Assembly: GCA_963662795.1 (NCBI GenBank)
Contig: OY759746.1
Coordinates: 3,232,001 to 3,296,000 of the forward strand
Source of the DNA: Spirochaetia bacterium
GTDB taxonomy: Bacteria; Spirochaetota; Spirochaetia; CADAEX01
Length of the DNA: 64,000 nt
Direction: 5' to 3'
This document shows positions 50,264 to 59,450 of the stretch, one piece after another. A program made the translations under genes and the position numbers. The notes under the pieces were generated by a model. It did not search any database and had not been told where the DNA came from. It worked only from the letters and a program-made list of their open reading frames with translations. Numbering within the stretch: the first letter of the stretch is position 1; every line of letters begins with the position of its first letter.

Positions 50264-50440
50264 TTGTTATTTATTTTTCCCCAGCAGATGGTTAAAAAGC
50301 TATAAAGAATAGCTTAAGTAATATGTTAAATTATAAAAGGGCAGAATCAGACTGACATTATAAAATCTGTGTACCAATTAATCGGGCGCAATCAGATCGA
50401 ATTCTGATATTTCCCGGCGCCGATTGATTGATGGATTAAT

Positions 50441-50475
50441 AAAAAAACCCTGACTCGTTATAAACAAGTCAGGGT
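50441..50475 (-). terminator. Rho-independent terminator after tRNA-Phe
   Basis: Minus strand ACCCTGACTTGTT..AACGAGTCAGGGT followed by a T run. Confidence 0.85.
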
Positions 50476-50484
50476 AGTTATAAG

Positions 50485-50557
<73 letters not shown>

Positions 50558-50706
50558 AAATACGAAGTAATATATATATCACCGGGGAAAAAATGTCAAT
50601 ATTTATCAGTTATTTTTGTTGGAATAAATAACGTCGTGGATAAAAGGAATCCGGAAAAGCGCAAAATATAAGAATTGACCGGCTGTTCCCTTTTCTCTGA
50701 TGTTAC

Positions 50707-50735
50707 TTGAAAATATTATCCAATAAATATATTAT
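50707..50735 (+). promoter_or_regulatory. Sigma70-type promoter of ileS
   Basis: TTGAAA-17nt-TATTAT. Confidence 0.55.
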
Positions 50736-50789
50736 GTGAAATCAAAAAGACAATTACTTAAGACTTTAAAGTGTTACCCGGGAGGATAA

Positions 50790-53700
50790 ATGTACAAACC
50801 TGTTGATTCGAAAGTGAATTTCCCTCAAATGGAAGAAAAAATACTTAAATTCTGGCAAAATAACAGGATTTTTAAAAAATCAATAGAAATAAGGGAGGAA
50901 GCGGAAGAATATGTATTTTTTGACGGCCCTCCTTTTGCCACAGGCCTGCCTCATTTCGGCCATTTCGTACCCGGAACATTAAAAGATATTTTCCCCCGGT
51001 ATCAGACAATGAAAGGCAAAAAGGTAGACCGCCGTTTCGGCTGGGACTGCCACGGCCTTCCTGTTGAATATGAGATGGAGAAGGAACTCGGGATATCGGG
51101 AAAAAAAGAGATAGAAGATTTCGGAATTGCCAAATTCAATGAATCATGCCGCTCAATCGTACTACGTTATACAAAAGAATGGGAGACCATTGTAACCAGA
51201 ATGGGGCGGTGGGTAGATTTTGAAAATGACTATAAAACCATGAACCCTGATTATATGGAATCAATCTGGTGGGTTGTAAAACAGCTCTGGCAAAAAGGGC
51301 TGATGTATGAAGGCTACTACATACTTCCGTATTGCCCCAGATGCTCTACTGTACTTTCCAACCATGAACTCAATCTCGGCGGCTACAAGGAAGTGCACGA
51401 TCCGGCGATAACTGTTAAATTCAAACTGAAGGGAGAGGATAATTCCTACATTCTGGCATGGACTACAACTCCATGGACACTTCCTTCAAACCTGGCTCTT
51501 GCCGTTCATAATGATATTGACTATGTAAAAGTTTCAGACAGCGGAGAGCACTATATACTGGCAAAGGAAAGGCTCTCCTCTTACTATAAAAATGAAAGCG
51601 ACTATAAGATTGAATGGACAAAAAAAGGAAGCGAACTGGTAGGTACTTCCTATGAACCTCTTTTTCCGTATTTTTCTTCTGAAGAAGAGAACGGCGCATT
51701 CAGGGTTTTTTCGGCTGACTATGTTACAATAGAAGACGGCACAGGTGTTGTCCATACAGCTCCCGGATTCGGAGAGGATGACTATAAAACATTAAAAGAT
51801 ACAAAAATAACAACGATCTGTCCGATTGACGGTGAGTGCAAATTCACTTTTGAGGTTACAGATTATGAGGGCAGGTTTGTAAAAGACTGTGATAAGGATA
51901 TAATCGACAGACTTAAAAAAGAAGGCAAACTGGTGCTCCGTCAGCAGTATCTTCATAATTATCCGCACTGCTGGAGATGCTCTTCTCCCCTTATCTACAG
52001 GGCCATTTCCTCCTGGTTTGTCGATATCGGCAAAATCAAGGAAAAAATGCTTGATGCCAACAGTCAGATTTACTGGATGCCGCCTCATCTTAAAGACGGA
52101 AGATTCGGCAAGTGGCTTGAAAACGCCCGCGACTGGGCAATATCAAGAAACCGTTACTGGGGTAATCCTATCCCCATCTGGAAATGCGATACATGCAGTC
52201 AGATAGAATGCCATGGTTCAAAGAAAGAACTTGAAGATAAAAGCGGCGCAAAGCTTGATGATCTTCACAAACACATAATTGATGAGGTTACCTACAAATG
52301 CAGCTGCGGTGAGGGGACAATGAAAAGAATCCCTGAAGTACTTGATTGCTGGTTTGAATCAGGTGCCATGCCTTATGCGCAGGTACACTATCCGTTTGAA
52401 AACAAGGAACACTTTGAAAGCCATTTCCCGGCCGATTTTATCTGCGAAGGGCTAGATCAGACCCGTGGATGGTTTTACACGCTGACAATTCTTGCCGCGG
52501 CACTTTTTGATAAACCTTCATTCAAGAATGTTGTAGTAAACGGCCTTGTTCTTGCTGAAGACGGTAAAAAGATGTCAAAATCAGCTAGAAATTATACGGA
52601 CCCGGTAGAGGTAATTGATCAGTATGGAGCTGATGCCCTGCGGTTTTTCCTTACAAATTCCGCAGTGGTCAGGGCAGAGGATTTGAGATATTCGGATGAA
52701 AGTGTCAAGGAAGTTCTTAAAAGCCTTATAATTCCCCTCTGGAATGCATACAGCTTTTTTATCACTTATGCGAATATTGATAAAATAACAGTCAAGGATT
52801 CTCCTCTTGATCCTGATTCACTTGAAAATCCGCTCGATAAATGGATTATCTCGGAAATTGAGAAACTTGTTGAGGAAATAACAGCAGCTCTTGATCTCTA
52901 TGATATCCAGAAAGCCAATATGATGCTCCTTGGATTTGTTGATATCCTGAATAACTGGTACATAAGAAGGTCAAGGAGAAGGTTCTGGAAGTCGGAAAAC
53001 GATCTTGATAAAAAGCAGGCTTACCAGACTCTCTATACCGTCCTTATGAAGCTGATAAAAACAGCGTGCCCTGTTCTCCCTTTTATAACCGAAGAAATGT
53101 ATCAGAATCTTAAAGACTCTTCCATGCCCGAGTCTATTCACCTTTGTGATTATCCGACAGCTGACAGAAAAAAGAGGGATGACCAGCTGGAAAAGAAGAT
53201 GGAGATTACAAGGAAGGTTGTTTCCATGGGAAGGGCATTAAGAAGCACTTTTTCACTTAAAATACGCCAGCCCCTGAAATCTCTCTCAATTGTTACAAGG
53301 GAGCAGGATGAAAAAAATATTCTTAAGGAAATGTCTCCGATAATTTCTGAAGAGCTCAATGTCAAGGATGTTCTTATCCGTGAAAACGAGGATGAGCTTG
53401 TGGAATACCAGGCCAAAGCCAATTTCAGAACACTCGGCAAGATTCTGGGGAAAAATATGAAAACCGGTGCTGAAAAGATTGAATCCCTTAAAAGCAATGA
53501 GATAAAATCCCTTCTTGACGGCTCAATGCTCTCAATTGAAATTGACGGGGAGAGTTTTGATATTACAAGTGATAGTGTAATTGTCCAGAGAACAGAAAAA
53601 GAAGATCTTAAAGTACTGAATGAAGGGACAATCACTATAGGCCTTGATACAAAAATAACAGATGCCCTCCGTGAAGAAGGGATTGTCCGTGACATTGTAA

Positions 53701-53921
53701 GGAATATCCAGAGCCTGAGAAAAGAAAAAGGACTTGATGTTACAGACAGAATAAACCTCTGGCTTTCAACTGAAGAAGCAGTAAAAAATGCTGTAGGAAA
53801 TTATTCGGATTATCTGATAAATGAAACACTCACAAACCGGCTTGACTTTGTCAAAAAGGAAGGATCATCCGAATATGAGTGCGGTGATTACAAGTGTTTT
53901 ATAGAACTGGAAAAAGTTTGA
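50790..53921 (+). CDS. ileS: Isoleucine--tRNA ligase (type 2)
   Basis: DGPPFATGLPHFGH, WTTTPWTLPSN, KMSKS; 1043 aa with no C-terminal Zn finger. Confidence 0.96.
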   Translation: MYKPVDSKVNFPQMEEKILKFWQNNRIFKKSIEIREEAEEYVFFDGPPFATGLPHFGHFVPGTLKDIFPRYQTMKGKKVDRRFGWDCHGLPVEYEMEKELGISGKKEIEDFGIAKFNESCRSIVLRYTKEWETIVTRMGRWVDFENDYKTMNPDYMESIWWVVKQLWQKGLMYEGYYILPYCPRCSTVLSNHELNLGGYKEVHDPAITVKFKLKGEDNSYILAWTTTPWTLPSNLALAVHNDIDYVKVSDSGEHYILAKERLSSYYKNESDYKIEWTKKGSELVGTSYEPLFPYFSSEEENGAFRVFSADYVTIEDGTGVVHTAPGFGEDDYKTLKDTKITTICPIDGECKFTFEVTDYEGRFVKDCDKDIIDRLKKEGKLVLRQQYLHNYPHCWRCSSPLIYRAISSWFVDIGKIKEKMLDANSQIYWMPPHLKDGRFGKWLENARDWAISRNRYWGNPIPIWKCDTCSQIECHGSKKELEDKSGAKLDDLHKHIIDEVTYKCSCGEGTMKRIPEVLDCWFESGAMPYAQVHYPFENKEHFESHFPADFICEGLDQTRGWFYTLTILAAALFDKPSFKNVVVNGLVLAEDGKKMSKSARNYTDPVEVIDQYGADALRFFLTNSAVVRAEDLRYSDESVKEVLKSLIIPLWNAYSFFITYANIDKITVKDSPLDPDSLENPLDKWIISEIEKLVEEITAALDLYDIQKANMMLLGFVDILNNWYIRRSRRRFWKSENDLDKKQAYQTLYTVLMKLIKTACPVLPFITEEMYQNLKDSSMPESIHLCDYPTADRKKRDDQLEKKMEITRKVVSMGRALRSTFSLKIRQPLKSLSIVTREQDEKNILKEMSPIISEELNVKDVLIRENEDELVEYQAKANFRTLGKILGKNMKTGAEKIESLKSNEIKSLLDGSMLSIEIDGESFDITSDSVIVQRTEKEDLKVLNEGTITIGLDTKITDALREEGIVRDIVRNIQSLRKEKGLDVTDRINLWLSTEEAVKNAVGNYSDYLINETLTNRLDFVKKEGSSEYECGDYKCFIELEKV

Positions 53922-54826
53922 GAGAAAATCTGAAAATATGTTTTTCAGCAGTTTGTTCATTTCTGGTCTTTTTAATGATTATTACCGGCTGTGCAACAGG
54001 CAGCCGGATTTACAGGGAAAGTATAAGCCCTGGAAATATAATCCCTGAAGATGCTTTTCTTTATATCCGTTCTGAGCAGTCATTTTTCAATAACCCTGCC
54101 TTAAATACGGAAATTGAAAGACTTACTCAGGATTATGGTATACCTGATTTTTTCAGGGAAAAAACAGGGACAATATCCGTAGCCTTTCTTGGTGATGGAT
54201 GGGAGTATATTACAGCAGAGGGAAACTACCCGGATTCTTTTATCAAAAAGAGACTTGATCAAAGCAGCGACTGGAAAAGATCTGAATACAGAAAAGTAAA
54301 ATATTTTTACGCTCCTGATTCAGGAATAATTCTTATTCCCTATAAAAACAACTGCCTGATTGCCTCGAGGATATCCCCGGCCGGAACAGCAGGTACAGCG
54401 GCGTTTCGCGCTGAAAAGATTATAGATATTCTGAAATCGGACAGGAATTCGGTCTATACTCCTTCCGGCAATTCTGCTCTTCATCTGAGAGCTGAGAAAA
54501 GGGGAAACAGCCTGAGTGCTTTTTCCCCTGCCGGTTTTAATACTGAGAATATTGAACTGATAGATCTTGATTTCATCATTGATCCATTAATAGCCGGTAA
54601 ATCAGATATAAAAGGGACATTTACAATAGCGGATGAAAAAAAAGCCCTTGTTTTTTCTTCCATGTTCAGGCTTTTTCTGACAAACTATTACAGAAAAGAG
54701 GGGATTGCCGATTTAAAGACAATGATGGAGAAAAACAGCATAAACAATGATGGCCGGAAAGTTTTAATATCAATTACAGATTTTCCTCTGGAAAAACTCG
54801 GCAGTCTTATCCATTACGGAAACTAG
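53918..54826 (+). CDS. Hypothetical lipoprotein
   Basis: Hydrophobic signal followed by ITGC lipobox; TTG start overlapping the ileS stop. Confidence 0.65.
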   Translation: MRENLKICFSAVCSFLVFLMIITGCATGSRIYRESISPGNIIPEDAFLYIRSEQSFFNNPALNTEIERLTQDYGIPDFFREKTGTISVAFLGDGWEYITAEGNYPDSFIKKRLDQSSDWKRSEYRKVKYFYAPDSGIILIPYKNNCLIASRISPAGTAGTAAFRAEKIIDILKSDRNSVYTPSGNSALHLRAEKRGNSLSAFSPAGFNTENIELIDLDFIIDPLIAGKSDIKGTFTIADEKKALVFSSMFRLFLTNYYRKEGIADLKTMMEKNSINNDGRKVLISITDFPLEKLGSLIHYGN

Positions 54827-54861
54827 ACAATAAAAAAATTTATTCAAAAAGGTGATTAATA

Positions 54862-55494
54862 TTGATTACGGGAGTTGTTGATTATAAAGCGGGGAATCTC
54901 AAAAGCATAGAAACTGCGCTGAGGCATCTTGGAGCGGATTTTATTATCTCTGATATTCCTGAAAAACTTGAAAACTGCGACAGGCTTATTTTCCCTGGAG
55001 TGGGAGAAGCTAGTTCTGCAATGAAAAATCTGAAAGAAAGCTGTCTCGATGAGCTGATAACCGGTTTCGCGGAAAAGGGCAATCCTCTTCTTGGAATATG
55101 CCTGGGCTGTCAGATTATTCTAAGTTACTCTGAAGAGGGAAATACAAGCTGTCTGGGACTTGTTGACGGCAATGTAAAGCTTTTCAGCGGCCGCGCCGGA
55201 CTACTCCCCGGGGATCTGAAAGCCGAATTACTCAAAGTGCCCCAGATAGGCTGGAACACCCTTGGATTCACAAAAAAGCATTATCTTTTTAAGGGTATTC
55301 CTGATAATTCATCATTCTATTTTGTCCATTCCTATTATCCTGATGTAAAAGATGAATTCAAAATCGGCGAGACTGAATACGGAATCCCGTTTTCTTCTGC
55401 CGTATCACGGGAAAATGTCTGTGCTGTCCAGTTTCATCCTGAAAAATCAGGAAAATACGGACTCATGATGATGGATAACTTTTTAAAGGGGTGA
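54862..55494 (+). CDS. hisH: Imidazole glycerol phosphate synthase glutaminase subunit
   Basis: DYKAGNL, PGVG, GICLG, FYFVHSY, QFHPEKS. Confidence 0.95.
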   Translation: MITGVVDYKAGNLKSIETALRHLGADFIISDIPEKLENCDRLIFPGVGEASSAMKNLKESCLDELITGFAEKGNPLLGICLGCQIILSYSEEGNTSCLGLVDGNVKLFSGRAGLLPGDLKAELLKVPQIGWNTLGFTKKHYLFKGIPDNSSFYFVHSYYPDVKDEFKIGETEYGIPFSSAVSRENVCAVQFHPEKSGKYGLMMMDNFLKG

Positions 55495-55498
55495 TGTT

Positions 55499-56269
55499 TT
55501 GCTTTTAAAACGGATAGTAGTCTGTCTTGATGTAAGGGACGGAAAAACAACGAAAGGTATTAAATTCAAGGGCAATGTGGATATCGGCGATCCGGTTGAA
55601 ATGGCTGAAAAGTACTACAACGAAGGTGTTGATGAGCTTGTATTTTATGATATAACTGCCTCTTCTGAAAAGAGGGGGATAATGATCGATGTTGTTGAAA
55701 AAGTCGCGGAAAAAATATTTATCCCTTTTTCAGTCGGCGGCGGAATATCAAATGTCAGTGATATGAGGCGTGTAATACTGGCAGGAGCCGAGAAGATAAG
55801 CGTAAACAGCCAGGCCGTCAATAATCCTGCGATAATAGAGGAGGGGGCATCCCTTTTCGGAAAACAGTGCATAGTGCTCGGTATGGATGCGCTTGCAGAC
55901 CCTGATATGCCTTCCGGCTACAGGATTGTTATAAACGGAGGTAGGACCCCGACATCACTTGATGCTTTAAAGTGGGCTAAAGAAGCGGAAAAGCTCGGCG
56001 CCGGTGAAATAGTACTTAATTCAATCGATGCTGACGGGACAAAAAACGGCTATGAGATTAACCTTACTTCAATGATATCAGGCAGTGTCGGAATACCTGT
56101 TGTCGCTTCAGGCGGCGCCGGGACACCGGAACACCTTAGAAATGTATTTACAGCGGGGAAAGCTGATGCAGCACTTATTGCATCGATGGTTCACTATGGC
56201 CACTATACAATAAGTGAAATCAAACAGTATCTAAAAAAATCCGGAGTAGCGGTCAGACTTGACTGGTAA
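55499..56269 (+). CDS. hisF: Imidazole glycerol phosphate synthase cyclase subunit
   Basis: [33 protein letters not shown]. Confidence 0.95.
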   Translation: MLLKRIVVCLDVRDGKTTKGIKFKGNVDIGDPVEMAEKYYNEGVDELVFYDITASSEKRGIMIDVVEKVAEKIFIPFSVGGGISNVSDMRRVILAGAEKISVNSQAVNNPAIIEEGASLFGKQCIVLGMDALADPDMPSGYRIVINGGRTPTSLDALKWAKEAEKLGAGEIVLNSIDADGTKNGYEINLTSMISGSVGIPVVASGGAGTPEHLRNVFTAGKADAALIASMVHYGHYTISEIKQYLKKSGVAVRLDW

Positions 56270-56318
56270 AATGATCTATTGGTATATTACTAACAAAATT
56301 CAGAGGAAGTGAAATAAA

Positions 56319-56609
56319 ATGCCTACTTATGATTATGAATGCAAATCATGCGGAAAAATCTTTGAAGTATTTCAGAAGATGAGTGACGACCCGCTTGAAG
56401 TATGTCCTGAATGCGGTAAAAAGGTTAAACGTCTTGTAGGCGGTGGACTTGGAATTATATTTAAAGGAAACGGTTTTTATGTTACAGATAACAAAAAAAG
56501 CAGTTCCGCCTCATCTTCTTCATCTGTCTCTTCATCTTCAGGGACAGAATCAAAAAAAGAATCTGTAGCAGCGGCCCCTTCTGTCGAGGCCGGTTCAAAA
56601 AAAGAGTGA
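56319..56609 (+). CDS. FmdB family zinc-ribbon protein with Ser-rich tail
   Basis: MPTYDYECKSCG..CPECG..IIFKGNGFYVTD. Confidence 0.9.
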   Translation: MPTYDYECKSCGKIFEVFQKMSDDPLEVCPECGKKVKRLVGGGLGIIFKGNGFYVTDNKKSSSASSSSSVSSSSGTESKKESVAAAPSVEAGSKKE

Positions 56610-56621
56610 TATCAGGTTTTA

Positions 56622-57800
56622 TTACCTGATATTTATGCTTTCAATTCCTTCAACTGCCTTTTTTATATTCCCATCAAGCCCTGGAATTTCCCAGGACTTC
56701 TGTATCTTGCTGAAAAATGGTTTTACCAGAGGGCGGGCAGGGGCGAATACTGAACAGCAGTCCATATAGGGCAATATTGAAATATCATAGGTCCCTATCT
56801 CTCTTGCCTTTATTATTATCTCCTCCTTATCAAGCCCTATGAGGGGACGGAGGATCGGATAATCTGTTTTTGAACCTGTAAAGCGGAGACTTTCGGCTGT
56901 CTGGCTTGCCACCTGGCTTAAGGATTCTCCTGTTATTATACTGTTTGCCCTTATTTTTTCTGCCTGAAAGTGTGCTATATTCATCATCGCAGCCCTTGAG
57001 AGAAGCGTTATTTCATCAGGCATGCAGTTTTGCTGAATAAAAATCTGTGTTTCGGTGAAAGGGACAATATGAAGCACAAGAGAAGGCAGGTATTCAGATA
57101 ATTTTTCCGCTATACTGATAACTTTTTCTTTTGACTGCTCTGAAGTATAGGGGTAAGTGTCAAAATGAATTGCTTCAATTGTACATCCTCTTTTTGCCAT
57201 CATGAAACCGGCGACGGGAGAGTCTATGCCTCCTGAAAGCAGGAGGAGCCCTTTCCCGGCCGCCCCGACCGGTAATCCTCCCTGACCTTTAAATACTCGT
57301 GAATAGATAATCGCTTTTTCCCTTATTTCAACATTTATAATAAAATCAGGATTATTTACATCAACTTTAAGTGCGGGGAATTTATCAAGAACAAGTTTTC
57401 CGAGTATACAGGAAAGCTCATAGGAATCGGGTTTAAAACTTTTATCCGCCCTTTTTGCGTTTATTTTGAAACTTGAGCTGTCCCCTGAGTCAGAGCATGC
57501 GTCGGCAGCAGTCTCCAGAACAGTTTCTTCTATTTCATTCATATTTTTGTTTGTTTTCCGTGCTATTGAATAACCAACAACTCCAAAAACAGAAAGAAGC
57601 GTTTTTTCAATTCTTCTCTTTGTCTCGTCTGTTTCTTCATCAAGCTGTTCAAGATAAAACCTTCCTGAATTGCCTTTTATCCTTACCCTTAACCCGTCAA
57701 GCTGAACTCTGATATTATTAAAAAGCTTTTTTTCAAAAAGTCTTTTGTTGTCGCCTTTAAGATTTATTTCACCTGTCTTTATGAGGTAGCTGGTTTTCAA
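56622..57800 (-). CDS. thiI: tRNA 4-thiouridine synthase (THUMP + PP-loop, no rhodanese domain)
   Basis: GEINLKG.N, GGLPVG, LLSGGIDSPVA, GESLSQVASQT, DCC. Confidence 0.93.
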   Translation of the reverse strand: MKTSYLIKTGEINLKGDNKRLFEKKLFNNIRVQLDGLRVRIKGNSGRFYLEQLDEETDETKRRIEKTLLSVFGVVGYSIARKTNKNMNEIEETVLETAADACSDSGDSSSFKINAKRADKSFKPDSYELSCILGKLVLDKFPALKVDVNNPDFIINVEIREKAIIYSRVFKGQGGLPVGAAGKGLLLLSGGIDSPVAGFMMAKRGCTIEAIHFDTYPYTSEQSKEKVISIAEKLSEYLPSLVLHIVPFTETQIFIQQNCMPDEITLLSRAAMMNIAHFQAEKIRANSIITGESLSQVASQTAESLRFTGSKTDYPILRPLIGLDKEEIIIKAREIGTYDISILPYMDCCSVFAPARPLVKPFFSKIQKSWEIPGLDGNIKKAVEGIESINIR

Positions 57801-57861
57801 GATAATACTCCGGATTAGAAATTTTCAATTATCAGCTGTTTATCAGCTGACTTTATACAAA

Positions 57862-59025
57862 TCAGCTGTAAACAGTCAAAAGTTTTACAGATTCTTCCTT
57901 AAGCACCTTACAGAACCCGTCAATATCCTCTTCAGATGTTCCGGGACCTATTGAGACTCTCACTGCTGAAGAGGCTTCTGTTTTAGCAATGTGCATTGAT
58001 TTTAAAGTTCTTGACTCACTTTTTTTAAGTGAAGAACAGGCAGCTCCTGCTGATATAAAATAACCTCTGCCGCTTAAAACTCTTGTCATGACTTCAGACG
58101 GAACTTTGTTTATACAGAAACTTGTTATATAGGGAGAGAACCTGCTGTCCAGCGGTTTTCTTTCATGCGGCAATAATCTGCATCCTTTTATTTGCGCCAG
58201 GCCGTCAAGCAGACGTGAGCAGAGAAAACCGGCCTTTTTCATATTTTCATCAATTCCTGCTGCGTAATTTTCAAGCGCAAGGGAAAAACCGTATATAGCA
58301 GGCGTATTTTCTGTACCAGGTCTTATCCCTGATTCCTGCCCGCCTCCTGCATAAAGGGGAAGAATTTTTTTTCTGCAGTAAATAAGACCGCATCCTCTCG
58401 GGCCTGATATTTTGTGCGCACTTGCACTGTAAAGATCAATACAGGATTTTTCAAGATCTATTTTTATTTTACCTGCTGCCTGGACTCCGTCGCAGTGATA
58501 GATAATCCTTTTTCCTGTTTTTGCAGAAAACTGTTTTATTATTCTGCCTATTTCCTCAACCGGCTGAATTGCTCCTGTTTCGTTATTTACATGCATAACT
58601 GATACCATCATTGTCTCTTCAGTCAGCTGGCAAATAATTTTTTCAGGATCAATTATTCCGTTTTTATCCGGATCAATCCTGATTATTTTAAAACCCAGTG
58701 CTTCTGCAGTTTTTAAAGGTTCAAATACAGAAGGGTGCTCCATATTTGTCGATATAATGCTGCCTTTTATTTTTTTTGTGATAAGCGAAAACAACGCAAT
58801 GTTATTGGATTCAGTACCGCCTGAAGTGAAAAAAATATTTTCACTCCTTACTCCCATAGCCCGGGCTGCTCTTTTCCTTGATTCATCCAGCAGCTTCCGT
58901 GCGGAAATCCCCGCGGTGTGCAATGAGGAAGGGTTTCCGAATATTTCAATGGTTTTTTCATAAATCATTCTGCTGACTTCACGGTCAGGAATTGATGTGG
59001 CTGCCCAGTCAAGATAAATACCCAT
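57862..59025 (-). CDS. Cysteine desulfurase (IscS/NifZ-like) paired with thiI
   Basis: IYLDWAAT, GNPSSLH, FTSGGTESNN, SAHK, SAGAACSS. Confidence 0.92.
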   Translation of the reverse strand: MGIYLDWAATSIPDREVSRMIYEKTIEIFGNPSSLHTAGISARKLLDESRKRAARAMGVRSENIFFTSGGTESNNIALFSLITKKIKGSIISTNMEHPSVFEPLKTAEALGFKIIRIDPDKNGIIDPEKIICQLTEETMMVSVMHVNNETGAIQPVEEIGRIIKQFSAKTGKRIIYHCDGVQAAGKIKIDLEKSCIDLYSASAHKISGPRGCGLIYCRKKILPLYAGGGQESGIRPGTENTPAIYGFSLALENYAAGIDENMKKAGFLCSRLLDGLAQIKGCRLLPHERKPLDSRFSPYITSFCINKVPSEVMTRVLSGRGYFISAGAACSSLKKSESRTLKSMHIAKTEASSAVRVSIGPGTSEEDIDGFCKVLKEESVKLLTVYS

Positions 59026-59109
59026 TTCTGAATTATAGATTAATATAAAATATCTTCAATACTGTAAACAATATTGATTAAATCTTTAGGATTATATATT
59101 ATCCTATAT

Positions 59110-59415
59110 ATGAAAATTATTGAAATTTGCAGTGATGAAGTTCTTGGAAACTATGCCAAACGGCTAAAAGTTTGCGGCCATCCCATAAGACTTAAAATAC
59201 TTTGTGTTATAAAGAACGGGACAGCCTGTGTAAAGGAATTGTGGGAATGTCTTGAACAGCCTCAACCTGTTGTTTCACAGCATCTCGCCGTATTGAAAAA
59301 CAGCGGAATAGTGAGCTCGGAAGTAAGCGGAAACAAAAGGATCTATACAATAATTGACCCCTTTGTCAACGAAATGATTTCACTCATGAAAACATATTCA
59401 CCTGAGAAAGATTGA
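59110..59415 (+). CDS. ArsR/SmtB family transcriptional regulator
   Basis: HPIRLKIL, CVKEL, QPVVSQHLAVLK. Confidence 0.9.
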   Translation: MKIIEICSDEVLGNYAKRLKVCGHPIRLKILCVIKNGTACVKELWECLEQPQPVVSQHLAVLKNSGIVSSEVSGNKRIYTIIDPFVNEMISLMKTYSPEKD

Positions 59416-59450
59416 ATAATCTGTACATATAAAAATGTACAAAAATTGTG

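Noticed and set aside
50600-50789. T-box or leader peptide upstream of ileS (also checked hisS and argS)
   Set aside because: No T-box consensus, terminator or cognate codon run found
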